A stretch of DNA of 64,000 bases, taken from Azolla caroliniana (taxonomy: Eukaryota > Plantae > Polypodiophyta). Positions 1-13,062 of the stretch are shown in pieces. The stretch is taken from assembly GCA_043228905.1 (NCBI GenBank), contig JBHGNT010000003.1:14880001-14944000 (forward strand), given 5' to 3'. Position 1 is the stretch's first letter. Every line of letters starts with the position of its first letter. The notes beneath the pieces were generated by a model, which had not been told where the DNA came from, made no database searches, and was given only the letters and a program-made list of their open reading frames with translations. The position numbers and the translations under genes are program-made.

Positions 1-8
1 GGGAGAAT

Positions 9-1130
9 GTGAAAGTTGCTGAGGAGTTTGTTGACGATGACGTGGCTAAGGTAGAAATTGATAATAAGGAGTTTTTGGGCTCATTTGCTAATTTCTGTGA
101 TAAAGGGGTCATATTGTTTTTCACGGGGAAGATACCTTTCCTTTGGAGGGTCAAACAATGGTTATGTGGGATTTTACAAGTTGATTGTGTTCAGGATGTT
201 TATGCCGGTCCACGTGGATTTTATGAGGTTGTTTTGGTATCACAAGAGTATAAAGAGAAATTACTAAATAAATTGCCAGTTTTTTATGAAAAAAGTTTGG
301 TTCATATTGTTCTGTGGAGGCCACTAGTGGAATACCAAGATATATTAAAGCAAGCATGTCCCGTATGGGTTGAGGTAGAGTGCACATATTTAGTGGTTTG
401 GCCAATATTACGGTCTGCAATGGAAAAGTTGGGAAAGATCTTGGTGTCTCCTAGTGCTAATGCTCAAAATCGATATCGAATGTGTATTCTTTGGAATATT
501 GCTATAAAGAGGCCAAGTTGTTTACAGATTGCATGCTCTGGTATGCCACCTATGTATTTTCAACTTAAATGGGGTACATTTGCAGGACATTGTTTCCATT
601 GTGGTGTGTTGGGGCATTTTATGGTTGAGTGTCCTCAAAAAAGAAATAATGTAGTGGAGGTGGTACATGAAGAGCCTACAAATCATGATCAGATTCAAAC
701 TTTGACAATTTCAGAGCAAACAAAGGAACCACAAATTGTGAATGAGAAGGATGGAAAGACTCTAGAGGACGAAGGACAATGGTCAATAGTTTTTGGAAAG
801 ATGAAGAAGTCTAATAAGAATGTTGGACATAATGTATCTATGGAGAAGGGCACACAGATTCAACAAACAAATCCCATGCGGAATAAACCATGGGCTCGTC
901 AAGAGGAATATCCAAAGAAATTATCTTTTGATAATAAAGGTAATTTGTATGTTCCTTGGAATAAACGGAAATCGGTGCCTCGTTCACATGAGGAGCCATC
1001 AGGGTCTGGAGTTTTGCATTCTCATAGTAATTCATATGCAATCTTAGGGGATTTATTTCAGGATATGGCAGAAACATTAGCAGTGATGGAGAAAGAGATT
1101 TCTCGAATAAAAGGAAAAAATAAAGTATGA
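9..1130 (+). CDS. L1-clade LINE ORF1 (DUF4283-like region plus zinc knuckle); probably starts upstream of the window
   Basis: CFHCGVLGHFMVEC = CX2CX4HX4C knuckle, preceded by a PVWVE motif; stop overlaps the ORF2 ATG (ATGA at 1127-1130). Confidence 0.85.
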   Translation: MKVAEEFVDDDVAKVEIDNKEFLGSFANFCDKGVILFFTGKIPFLWRVKQWLCGILQVDCVQDVYAGPRGFYEVVLVSQEYKEKLLNKLPVFYEKSLVHIVLWRPLVEYQDILKQACPVWVEVECTYLVVWPILRSAMEKLGKILVSPSANAQNRYRMCILWNIAIKRPSCLQIACSGMPPMYFQLKWGTFAGHCFHCGVLGHFMVECPQKRNNVVEVVHEEPTNHDQIQTLTISEQTKEPQIVNEKDGKTLEDEGQWSIVFGKMKKSNKNVGHNVSMEKGTQIQQTNPMRNKPWARQEEYPKKLSFDNKGNLYVPWNKRKSVPRSHEEPSGSGVLHSHSNSYAILGDLFQDMAETLAVMEKEISRIKGKNKV

Positions 1131-1733
1131 AGACCACCACATGGAATGTGAGGGGTTTGTGTTCTAGATTTAGAATGCATGAGGTTTGGAGGATTGTGTT
1201 AAGTGAGCAATGGGATGTTTTATGTGCAGTAGAGCATAAAGATCATCGTAATGCTGGTTTAATTAGTTGTTCTAAGGGTTATACATTATGTTATGCTGGC
1301 AAGGTTCATGGGGATTATTCTGGGATTGTCATGTTTATAAGAGATAAATTTCACCCAAAAGTAATTGTTTCAGATGAATTTGGAAGATTTATTGTGGTAG
1401 AGATATGTTATGAAGGACAAGTTCTTTGGTTAGTTGGTGTGTATGCACCGAATGTTTCACCAGAACGAAAGTTGTTATGGAGATCTCTGACCTCGATGCT
1501 CGATAATGGTAGACCCGATTTATTGATGGGAGATTTTAATGTTTGTTGTGAGAAAAATCAATTAACATCCATCCACTCTATTATGGATGGACTAGAGGCT
1601 CAAGAATGGGGAGATTTTGAGACTGAAATCATGTTAAGGGATGTACGGAAGTGGATTAAGGGAGATGAACCTGGTTATACCTTTCAATCAGCTCAATATA
1701 AGGATACTTGGAGTAGGTTGAATCAAATGTATG
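1127..1733 (+). pseudogene. L1 LINE ORF2 AP-endonuclease domain, interrupted by a Gypsy LTR at 1734
   Basis: TWNVRG, VYAPN, MGDFN, YTF and SRLN(D) EEP motifs; frame runs into TGTTAG LTR start; rest of ORF2 not found downstream. Confidence 0.9.
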
Positions 1734-2199
1734 TGTTAGCCAGCCGAGCCGGCAAGGAGTGGAGGACAGTCCAGAATATGAAAGGGCAAGAATAATCGGA
1801 AGCTGTTATTAGGATATTAAGTAATTAAGTAGATTTTAGAGAAGTGAACGAACGGAACGGAATTGCTATGCCGATCCGGATCCGGACCGGTTCATATTAG
1901 TGTGCCGGTTGGCACCGTTTGTATGCAGAATCGATGATCTATAAAAAGGCCGGTTACATTGTAAATGACGACAGATAATTAAGAAAGCTCTATTTTCTTA
2001 TCTCTGTGTATTGATTACCGTTCTGTGCTAATTACTGTCTATCTTACGCATGTATTAAGATTATGGGATATGTTGCTTAAGTAACTGATTAAGGTTTGAT
2101 TAATTGTCGGTCTAACTCTGTTTCACCGTAACACCCTTTGGTGAAGTGTCTTCTGTAGACACCCTGTGTTAGGCTATTGTCTAGCCCCAATGAGTAACA
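1734..2199 (+). repeat. 5' LTR of Gypsy A
   Basis: TGTTA...TAACA termini, TATAAAA near 1940, first ~150 bp repeated at 13065-13215. Confidence 0.9.
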
Positions 2200-2206
2200 C
2201 AGTTTT

Positions 2207-2216
2207 TGGCGACCAC
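2207..2216 (+). promoter_or_regulatory. Primer-binding site, tRNA-Arg(UCG)-like
   Basis: TGGCGACCAC 7 nt after the LTR; same 10-mer at 13671-13680 and, reversed, at 19681-19690. tRNA identity from recall of plant tRNA-Arg 3' ends. Confidence 0.8.
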
Positions 2217-2254
2217 GATTCCTGCATAAGTGCAGCAAACAACGGTGGGAATGG

Positions 2255-5200
2255 ATGACTAAACCAGCGAGCGGACCAGTTACGGATCGAGCAAGGAGAC
2301 TCGCTGAGTGGCTACGGAAGCGAGAGGCCTTCCAGCAGGTGGCGGAAGAAAATCGTTTGGATCAATCATTTTCCAAAGTGATCCGGCGAGTGGCCGAGGA
2401 GTCACTCCGTTTGCAACAAGATTTCCACCCCGACGAAGGAAGCAGCTTAAGTAGTCTTTGGGAAACAGAATCCCTTCTGCAGGCATTAGTTGTAGGAGAC
2501 GACGATTCAGAACCATTTTCGGCCTTTGAATCAGACTCAGACGGCAAATATAGCGGTCATTCTAATTACCACAGCAGTCACGACACCCCAGACGAACCGG
2601 CGGACGAGGAATCGGATACCTTACCGACACCGGAACCAGAATTGACAGAGCTGGAAGCCACAGACCAGCCAAGGACTGAGCAAACCCCAACACCCAAAGC
2701 AGAGAAGGAAAGACCTCCGACAGAGGAGGAGGAGAGACCTCCGACACCACCAGCCTGTGTTCCAACACCGGACGATGACATGCCGTTTCAATATCCCAAG
2801 TACCGGGATGATCCGGACGCAGAGGCCCACATCTATGCATTTTAGCAGACTTGGGAAGTGAATCATGTGTCACAACACTTAACCACAGCCGAAGCAAAAT
2901 GCTCCAAGATGGTGGAGTTTGGCATGACCCTGGAAGGGCCCGCCGCCAGATGGAGCCTGACGCAAGATCCCAATACCATCACGATGTTTGAGGCCTTGAA
3001 AACTAAATTCTTACACTTTTTTCACAAAGAGGTGGATTAGCGGGAAATGGTCGGCCTATTTTATACCATCAGGCAGGAGCCCACGGAGAACATTCAACAA
3101 TTTGTAATCCGATTCTAGAGAATGCACAACCAGCTCAATCGGGCACCATCGGAGGAAGAGACTAAGGTGATATTCCTAGCAGCACTCCGGGAACCCCTGC
3201 GAACAGTGTGCACAGTCATTGATTTCCACACGAGTTCCGTCAACCAGGTCATAGACCGAGTCAGGGAAATGGAAAACTCCAGCTCGTGGCTGATGATGGG
3301 GGCACTCCAACGAACGTTACCAACTGATGAAGACCTCCGCTTTCGACAAGCAATTCAATGTACGACTTGCTTGAATGCCGGACACTCCGCGCTAGAGTGC
3401 ACCATGCGTTCTCAATGCTTGCTTTGCCATTCTAGAAACCACACAATGGATCGGTGCGAGTATAACTTGCTGAATCGGCAAGCACCACCGGTCCGGCAAA
3501 TCAAAGCATAGAGCAACCAGGAGGAGGAAGAAGAATGCTAGCAGCGAGAGGAGCGTTACTAGTTGGCACAAGATGTCCGGTACGATGATTGGAGAAACGC
3601 TTATGACTGCGACCGGTATGATAGATATGATAGATATCGGGACTATAATGGGGAACGGAATGAGCGATACAACCGGAATCACTCCCCCGGTTACAACCCC
3701 CAAAGGGAGGACTATGGAAAGTATGACAACCGGCTCCAACAGGATTTCTAGAACAAAAAAGCATTTCAACAAAAAACTGCATTTCAATAAAAAAGGGGCT
3801 CACCAACGAGAACCGGAACAGGGTACATCAAGTAACCAACCGGACCAAGGCCAAGCACTTATAACAGAATCTCAACCAGGGGCCGAGGCGAAAGCAGAAT
3901 CCAGCAACACCCGAAAGGCATACTACTACTATTGCCGACAAGAGGGACACTATAGTAACCAATGTCCGGCGAAAAGCTACGATAAGCGACCAACGGTAAA
4001 CATGGTGGTAGCATAGGTCGCGGACATACAACAAGTGACCACGAGGGCAAAAGGAAAAGCGATGGAGTGGGAAACCCAAGAAGCCATCCGGAAGCAGGCC
4101 ATCGAATGGTTAAAGAAGGCAAATGAGCAGAATGTGGAAGAACTGGAACAACAAAAGGAGAATCTAGAGGAGCCAACTGGCAATACGCCAGGCAAAAAAC
4201 CCAACATGGCAGGCGTTGCAAGAATGCCGAATCACGCTGCCATTAGGTCGGCTATTGCAGTTAGTACCTCTGTTTACGGAAGGACTGAAAACGGGAATGA
4301 CTGCGGTCGGCATGCCACCGGCTCCGACATTCTTTTCTAATCCGGAGGAAGGACTGACGGTAGTGGACACAAGCAGTCTGGCTATCACAACCATCGTCAA
4401 GGGACGAGACCTACCCGGAACAATTATAGATGGAGGATTCGACGTGAATGTGATTAGCCTCCGAACGTGTAATACCCTCATAATCTAGGACTGGGAACCG
4501 TGTCCGTTTTGGCTCCGGATGGTGGACACAAGTTCGGTAAGACCTACCGTATTGATACGAGATTTGGAAGTGACTATCGGACGTCACACATTCCGCATTT
4601 CGGCAGTAGTTCTCCAGCTCAATGCACAAGGGGCATACCCACTGTTGTTGGGCTGACCATGGTTAAAAACAGCGCACATCAAGCAAAACTAGCGGAAAAA
4701 CATAATCACTTTCCAGCGCGGCAAAGTGAAAGTACGAGTACTTACACAACCACATTCGAGGACCGGCAAGGAGCTGACACCGATGTATGCGGAATGTGTC
4801 AAAATGCTTGAAGGATTGGTTGATGAAGAGGTCGATCAGTACTTACAGGAGAATCCAAAAGTTGTACCCTTATTTGAAGTTGATGTCGCCAAAGCAGTGG
4901 CACCATATATAATACAACCATAGGATGCCGATGAAGAACCAGAAAAAGAAGCCATCAGAGAGTTTTGACATGCGCAGGAAGCTTTGGAGAAGGAATTGGC
5001 AGTATCCCAACGCGTAAAAGCCTCTCAGCTAGAAGAGGTAAACTTAGGCACTGCAGAAGACGCAAGACCGGTTCACATCGCCAAAGAAATGATTCCCGAA
5101 AGGAAGACGGCAACAATCACCTTATTAAAGGAGTTCCGGGACGTGTTCGCGTGGTCTTACGAGGACATGCGGGGGCTAGATCCTCAATTGTATCAACACT

Positions 5201-7850
5201 AGATACATCTGAGTAAGGATGCCAAGCCGGTGGCGCAACGGTGCTACTGGATGAACCCTAAATATGCAGCCAAAGTAAAGGACAAAATCGACAAATTGTT
5301 ATGGGTAGGGTTCATCCAACCGGTCAAAAAGGCGACATGGCTGAGCCCAATAGTCGTCGTACCAAAAAAGAACGGAAAAATCCAAGTATGTGTTGACTAC
5401 CGGAAATTGAATGCGGCAACGGTAACCGATGCCTTCCCACTCCCTTTTACGGATGGAGTCCTGGATGCCATAGACGGTCACGAAGTTTATAGTTTCTTGG
5501 ACGGGTTCAATAGCTACAATCAGATCCGGATGCACCCCGACGACCAGAGAAAACCGCTTTTGTTACCGAATGGGTAGTATTTGTCGCTGTAGTCATGATG
5601 TTCGGACTTAAAATAGCGCCGACAACCTTTCAGCGGATAATCATGGAGATTTTTGGAGAATTTATTCCAGCATTCATGCAGGTGTTCCTAGACGATTTTG
5701 CCGTGTACAGCCAGGAAGGGGACCACCTCCAATACCTCCGACTATGTCTTGAGAAATGTAGGGTTTATTGGTTAAGCCGTAACCCGGCGAAATGCGTGTT
5801 CAGTGTGTCAAGCGGTGCATTACTAGGCCACATCGTTATCAAGGACGGTATTGTAGTAGACCCGGACAAGGTCAAAGCAATTTTGGAGGCACCGGCACCC
5901 ACCACGGTGAAAGCATTGAGTCGGTTCCTAGGACAAATCCGGTGGCATGGCCGGATGCTCTGATATCTAGCAGACCTGGCCACACCATTGCATGTCGTAG
6001 TGCACCGGACACCGTTTCAATGGATGGACACAAAAGAGAAGGCTTACCGGGCATTAAAAGTACTACTATCACAAGCATCGGTGGTGCAACCTCCGGATTG
6101 GTCTAAAGAATTCCACGTATTCATAGACGCATCCGACATAGCAATAAGGAGTGCATTAATGCAGCTTACCAAACCCAAGTGGTACCGGCCCGTGTATTAT
6201 GCCAGCCGGAAGTTGTCCCAGGCGGAACGTAATTACTCTACGATGGAAAGAGAAGCCTTGGGCATGATCTATAGCGTCACCAAGTTCCGACACTATCTAT
6301 TGGGGAGGAAATTTTCCTTTCATGTAGATCATTCGGCGCTACTTTACTTGGTCTTGAAAGCATCACTCACTGGTAAGCTGGCCTGGTGGACGCTATTATT
6401 ACAGGAATTTGAGTTCGAGATATTTCACCGGCCATGCATACAACATGCGGTTGCGGATTATTTGAGCCGGTTAGACTCCAGAGAAACTGGTGACGGAGTC
6501 GTAGACGAATTTCCGAACGCAGACTTGTTTAGGGTCACAGACGAAACGACAACAGATGGTACGATCGCCGAGGAGGACAAGTGGCTCACTAACATGAACC
6601 AATTCCTGAGCACTGGATTACCTCCAAAGGAGATGAACAGAGACGAGCGGGAAAGATTACCTGTACAAAGCCGACACTTGTGCCTACTATAGGATACATT
6701 GTACCATAAAGGCACGGATGGCATATGGCGGCGCGCGGTGCGCAGCAACAAGAAAGACCAAATACTGCGTGAAGCACACTGTGGCGTTACCGGAGGGAAT
6801 TATGTTGGGGACGCTACAGCAAGGAAAATATGGCAGAGTGGCCTATGGTGGCCAACAACATTAAAAGACGTCGTCCGGTATGCTAAAGAATGTGATTTGT
6901 GTCAGCGGATGGGGCAACCAACGGAACAGGCAAGAATGCCTCACCAGACGGTGTTGCCATTGGAACCATTTCAAAAATGGGGGCTGAACTTCGTCGGCCC
7001 ATTTTAACCACCAGCAATGAGAACCGATACGTGATTGTCGCTACGGACTACTGCACCAAGTGGGTGGAGGCCAAAGCACTGCGAGACAACACCGCGACAT
7101 CCATGACAAAGTTTTTATATGAATATATCTAGTGCTGGTATGGATGTCTAATCGAGCTAATCAGCGACCAAGGTGGGCATTTCCTAGGACAAGTGGTGGA
7201 GAGCTTGACGACATTCTATGCGGTGGTGCACAAGTGAAGCACTCCGTATTATCTGCAAGCCAACGGATTAGCCGAATCCACAAATAAGACACTACAAAAC
7301 ATCCTCCGGAAAATCGTCAATGGGAACTAGACGGATTGGGATACAAAGCTGCACAGTGCACTCTGGGCCTACCAGAGAGCATATAAGACAAGTATCCGGA
7401 CAACGCCTTTCCGATTGGCATTCGGATTGGAAGCAGTAATGCCGATCGAATTCCAGGTTCCTAGTTTACAATTACAGGTTAGGGAACGCCTGAACGAGAA
7501 GGAGTCGGAAACAATCCGGCTTGCAGCACTATGTGAACTGGAGGAACACCAGATAGCCAGCCTGATGCACATGGAACTGGAGCAACGGAGAAGGAAAGCG
7601 TTCGTCAATCGACACCGGAAAGGTAACGAAAAAAGGTTCGGGATCGGCAAGCCGGTACTTGTATTCCAGACCCGGATGGGTAAGATGCCGGGGAAGCTAC
7701 GGTTTCGGTGGACCGGATCATATTGGATTACACAAGAGTTCAACGGTTCTTACTAGCTAGGGACAGTCGCCGGCGAAGTTATGGGTAAATGGGTAAATGG
7801 GTTTTGACTCAAACCATACTATGGACCCATGCCAAGGAACCCGTTTGATT
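2255..7850 (+). pseudogene. Gypsy A gag-pol (stops and frameshifts)
   Basis: Decayed knuckle YYCRQEGHYSNQC, protease IIDGGFDVN, RT WLSPIVVVPKKNG/CVDYRKLN/FLDDF, RNase H FIDASD/ERNYSTMERE, integrase zinc-binding region, KWVEA, TPFRLAFG, WTG(P)Y. Confidence 0.93.
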
Positions 7851-8064
7851 AGACAAAGGTTGACACCGCACCGGACACCGGTAAGCACGATGAGACGATA
7901 ACCGGTCATGAAATCGGCAAGCACAATCCGGAGAAGGGTCCGTTTGGGCCGGATACATATTAACAAGATCGAAAAAAATAAAATAAAATAAAATCGAATC
8001 AAACCCAAACTATGCGATGGCGAGGAGCGAACGACCACATGCAATGAAAAGGAGGGGTGAACGG

Positions 8065-9345
8065 TGTCGTGTGAATCTTCACACACTATGTAAAAAAATA
8101 ATGAAATAATTATTATAGATTAGATTACTAGCTTACTATAGAAAGATGGATATACTCAAGAGCTTCAAAATGTATTTTACTATATACAAAATGGAGAAAT
8201 ACATATCAAGTTATGTGAAAATAAAGTTTGAGAAGATAGGGAAATTAGAACTATCCCACATAGATAGGAAAGTTAAGGCCCTGGCTATATAAACACCTTG
8301 AGCTCCCTCATTTTTCATTTGTGCTAAGAGCACTTTGGCCACTTTGTCTTGATGGATGATGGCAGCCAAATTCCCTAAAATTGCATACCGGCCGGTAAGC
8401 AAATCCGGAAAACGGGTCCGGTAAGCAAATCCGAAAATCGGCCGGTAAGAAAATCTGAAACCAGCTGGTATGCAATCCAGAAACCGGCCGGTAAGCAAAA
8501 CTAGAACCGGAACCGGAACCGGCAAGCAAAACTGGAACCGGCCGGTAAGCAAAACCGGAACTGGAATCGGCCGGCAAGCAAACCGGAACCGGCCGACAAG
8601 AAAACTAGAACCGGTCGGCAAGCAAAATCGGAACCGGAACCGGTCGGCAAGCAAAATGGAACCGGCTACCAGACGAGGTTGGACGCGGACGGACGAAAGA
8701 TTGGATCATGCAACAAACTAAAGTAAAGTGAAGAGAACTAAAGTAAAGGCCATGTGAACGCAAGCAACTAAAGTTGGAGTGCATGGAAAAAGTAAAGGTC
8801 ATGTGGACAGTCACATGCAACCAAAAGAAAAAGCTAGTCAACTAAAAGTAGAGGCCATGCAACAAAAAGTGGAAAGGCTATGATGATGGGAGAACTTCAT
8901 TTCTATTCCATTTTTTTTTTCCTACACCAGGACTCACTCTCCATATTATCTTAATTTTTTTTCTTTTCTTTGGGAGCTCTCTTATCTTATCGAAGCCAAG
9001 AACCCTAATCTTCCCTACAGAAGCTATCTCTCAAGTAAACCATAATTTCCATACGGAAGCAATCTCTCAAAATCCAAAATTCCTTGTCAAAGCCATATCA
9101 CTCAAGAATCATAATCTCTTATTTCCTCTAATCTATTATTCTAATCATCTCCATAAGATAAAACTTTTGTAATCCCAATCTTGGGATTGATTGTAATCTT
9201 TCTTTCCCTTTTATTAATGAAATTTGTTAATCTTTCTTATTTCGGTTAATTCTTAGTACATAAATACACGAATTTGATATCCTCTAAACAAAGGCCTCGG
9301 GGTCTTGCCTCAACGTTCACGTATCCTTGTCGTATTTTCGCGACA
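8065..9345 (+). mobile_element. Solo LTR (family X) with 4 bp TSD ACGG/ACGG
   Basis: TGTCG...CGACA ends; ACGG at 8061-8064 and 9346-9349; TATATAAA near 8286; internal AACCGG-rich minisatellite ~8385-8670. Confidence 0.85.
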
Positions 9346-9467
9346 ACGGGCAATTTGAAAAGCCAAGTAGTGGGCTATTTATAGCGCATTAAAACGCGCC
9401 ACATTGCACTTCATTACCATTACAGTACACGACGTGCGCATGCGCAAGAATCGAGAAAGGCACGAAC

Positions 9468-12400
9468 ATGCAGAAAGAAAACCTACACCGCATGGAGGCC
9501 TTCTCATTTCGCGAATAGAGAATTGCAAATGCACACAAGCGATTGAAGATAATCAGATGCGGGCACCCAGAGCTCCCTAACACACCTAGCTCACCAGGAA
9601 CTATCGACTCAGAAGGAGAAATGGATTGTATGACGCTCTCTAAGGCAGCCAAGAAGTGGTTAAAGCAACACGGACTGGAAGGATTCTTGAGGATCATGGA
9701 AGCACCACCACACAAAGAGGCGAAAAGAGTTGTCAGAGCCATTGACATAGAAGTAATCATAGAGGAGGCCATCCATGCCCTAACGGGCCTACCCGAGGGC
9801 GGCATCTTCACCATTGACAACCCTACCCCGGAGCAACTCACGAAATACTTCGGTGAGTATTCTCTGGCCAGCAAGGCATATCGCACACAAGGCGGCGAGG
9901 ATGGCTGACACAACAACAAGGTCCCGACAGCCAATGGTTGTGGTGGATCGGTGAGCAAATAGCCGGAGTGGTCCATTATATGGAGGCAGAGGAGAAAGCA
10001 CAAGTGGACCGGTTGCTAGCCACAACCGGAGAACTAGAGAAGGCCCGGTGTCGCGAAAATACGACGAGGATACGTGAACGTTGAGGCAAGACCCTAGGGC
10101 CTCCGACTGGAAGATATTCACATTCGTGCGTTTATATTAAACAATTAATACAAAATGATAAAGATTCACAAATTTCATTAATAAAGGGAAAGAAATATTA
10201 CAATCAATCTCAAGATTGAGATTACAAAAGTTTTATCTTAAGGAGATTGCTAGAATAATAGATTAGAAGAAACTAAGATATGGATTCCATAGAGATTTAG
10301 GGTTCTTGGCTTTGATAAGAGATTATGGTTATATGAGTATTATGGCTTCCGTAGGGAAGATTAGCGTTTTTGAGTGTTATGGCTTCCGTAGGGAAGATTA
10401 GGGTTTTTCGATTCCGTAAGGAAATTAGGGTTTATGAGAGATATTACTTCCCTAAGATAAGGGAGTTGAGAAGGAAAAGAAAAAGAAATATATCATATGG
10501 AGAGAGCTTATCCACTTTTTGTTGCATGGCCTCTACTTTTAGTTGCCTAACTTTTTCTTTTAGTTAGATGGCTTTTTCTTTTAGTTGCATGTGACCATCC
10601 ACATGACCTTTACTTTTTGCATGCACTCCAACTTTAGTTGCTTGCGTCCACATGGCCTTTACTTTAGTTCTCTTCACTTTACTTTAGTTTGTTGCTTGAT
10701 CCCATCTTCCGTCCGTCCACGTCCAACCTCGTCCGGTAGCCGGTTCCGCCCAATCGCCGAATCCCTTGCCGGCCGGTTCCTTTTTGCTTGCCGGTTACGG
10801 TTCCGGTTTTGCTTGCCGGCCGATTCCGGTTCCGGTTTTGCTTGCCGGCCAATTCCGATTCCGGTTTTGCTTACCGACCGGTTTCCGGTTTTGCTTGCCG
10901 GCCGATTCCAGTTCCGGTTTTGCTTGCCGGCCAATTCCGGTTCCAGTTTTGCTTGCCGGCCAATTCCGGTTCCAATTTTGCTTACCGGCTGGTTTCCGGT
11001 TTTGCTTGCCGATTTGCTTGCCGGTTCCGATTCAAGTTTTGCTTGCCGGTTGGTTCTGATTTTGCTTGTCGGCCAATTTCCGGATTTGCTTACCGGCCGG
11101 TTTCCGGTTTTAGGGAATTTGGCCACCATCATCCATTAAGACAAAGTGGCCAAAGTGCTCTTAGCACAAATGAAGAATGAGAGAGCTCAAGGTGCTTATA
11201 TAGTCAAGGCCTTAACTTTCCTATCTATGTGGGATAGTTCTAATTTTCCTATCTTCTTAAACTTTATTTTCACATAACTTGATATGTATTTCTCCATTTT
11301 GTATATAGTAAAAAACGTTTTGAAGCTCTTGAGTATATCCATCTTTCTATAATACTCTACTAATCTAATCTATAATAATTATTTCATTATTTTTTTACAT
11401 AGTGTGTGAAGATTCACACGACACCAGTAAAGGATCCGAAGCTTGGAACAAGAAGTGGAAACAACCAAGGAAGAATTGGCTAAGAAGGTCATCACAGGAC
11501 CCCAGGAACAGGAATCGGTGGCTCCGGTACATGTACAGAGTAATGAAACACCGGCAACTGTACATGATAATACGACCTTGGTGCTGGGAACAAACCCAAA
11601 TATAATTACAGCGCAAGCACAAGAGCTTTCCGTTCTCAAAGAAGACCTGGCCGCGCAGGAAGCATTACAGGCCAAGGAAAGAGAATTAAAAATGGAGGCG
11701 GAGGAACAACGGAAGACTGCTGACAATCTCCGACGAGCAGAAGACAGTCTGCGGAAGGGACACCAAGCCTATGACCGGCTTAAGGAAAAGAAAGAAAAAG
11801 TGCTGCATGAGAAGGATAAACTCCGAAGGATGGCGGAAATGGAGATCGAGAGACTCAAAGAAGAGCTTTGGCACCAAAAGGATAGGGAAGACCGAGCTCG
11901 CCGCCAGATCAATCAGAAGTTGAAGTAGAAAACAAAAGAGTTTGACCGCTTGCACCGGGATTATAAACATGTCGAGTGGGAATACAAGAAGCTCATCACC
12001 AACAAAGACCGGCAATAGGAGAAGATGTTTGACCTCCGGAATGAAGTGCAATGAGCAGAGACGGCACTAGCAGAAGAACGGGTAGAGAAGGAAACCATAC
12101 GAGCTGAAGCGGCGCAGGAACGCATGGAACTCCAGATGCAACATAAGGCAGAAACGGAACGCACTACCATGGTCTTATAAAGAGTGCAGACAACGTATCA
12201 GAATCAACTGGTGTGCTACAAGGACCAGGAGGTGGTGACGGCAAACCTGATCAAACAGTTGAAAGATGACTGGTAGGCCGCTGAAGACAAATCAAAGATG
12301 GGGTTGGAGCAGATCTGGTGCATTGTACATGCATGGAAGAATCGATCGAAGCGTTTTATTGAAGACAACTCAGTATTATGGTGGTCAAAATGGGCAAAGC

Positions 12401-13010
12401 ATGCTGCTGAGCTACAATTGCTGAGGGCGGACGCGGAAAACCAGCAAAAAGAAGGCGATGAGTTCTATAAGCTAGAAAAGGAAGACTTTGCTGCCGTGAT
12501 AGATGAATTGGCAGAGGACTTCATAGCGTTGGCCGATGAACAGATAACGGTGGTCCGACAACTAGTGGCACAACAGGATGATGATCGGATGGATAACCAA
12601 ATCCAGTTTGAAAGTTATGAAAAGGAGAGGCTACGGCAAGAGGCAACGAAGAGCATGACAACAATCAATCTCAATGATGAAGAGCCATTGTCGGAGCAAG
12701 GGACGGACAGAGCCAAGGCCGGGACAAGACAACTGGATGTAACTCAGGAGGAGCAACCAAGGGAGGAAGAGCCGCAACAACCACCGACACCGAGAGTGGC
12801 GCAGTAGCCATCGGAGGAGCAACGCCCAGAAGAGCCGGAGACCGTGCAGCAGCAGGAATCACAACAACAGCCAACGGAGCAGTAGCCGGAGCAACGGTCA
12901 CAGCCAAAGGAGCAGCAACAGCAGGAGGAGCAGCAGCAGTCCGATCAGCCTTTCAAAGAACCCTTAGAGCTCCTCGATCAGAGCATTCTAGACATTTTAG
13001 ACGAGGATTG
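9468..13010 (+). pseudogene. Extra sense ORF downstream of pol in Gypsy A (globular N-terminus, long coiled coil, Q/E-rich tail), split by a solo LTR
   Basis: MQKENLHRMEAFSFRE start at 9468, ORF pieces 9543-9908, 11443-11928, 12298-12807; homologous start MHREKPLRVETLYFRE in the sister fragment near 15350 (minus). Confidence 0.7.
10049..11423 (-). mobile_element. Solo LTR (family X), inverted relative to 8065-9345, TSD CCGG/CCAG
   Basis: Reverse-complement homologue of 8065-9345 along its length; flanks CCGG (10045-10048) and CCAG (11424-11427). Confidence 0.85.
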
Positions 13011-13045
13011 AAGGCCAGATAGTGGGATTCGACGTACAAGGTACT

Positions 13046-13062
13046 GTCCCACGGGCGTGCCA
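13046..13062 (-). promoter_or_regulatory. Second, inward-facing PBS-like site in place of the PPT (Gypsy A)
   Basis: GTCCCACGGGCGTGCCA ends 2 nt before the 3' LTR; reverse complement TGGCACGCCCGTGGGAC resembles the tRNA-Arg(UCU)-type PBS with a 1 nt gap; no purine tract here. Confidence 0.7.

Noticed and set aside
8211-11180. Overlapping repetitive ORFs (FRFCLP/PVPVLL)
   Set aside because: By-products of a stop-poor minisatellite inside the solo LTRs.
8065-11423. Single foldback or long-TIR DNA transposon
   Set aside because: Each arm has its own TG...CA ends and own 4 bp TSD; no TSD around the whole structure, and the spacer is host Gypsy sequence.
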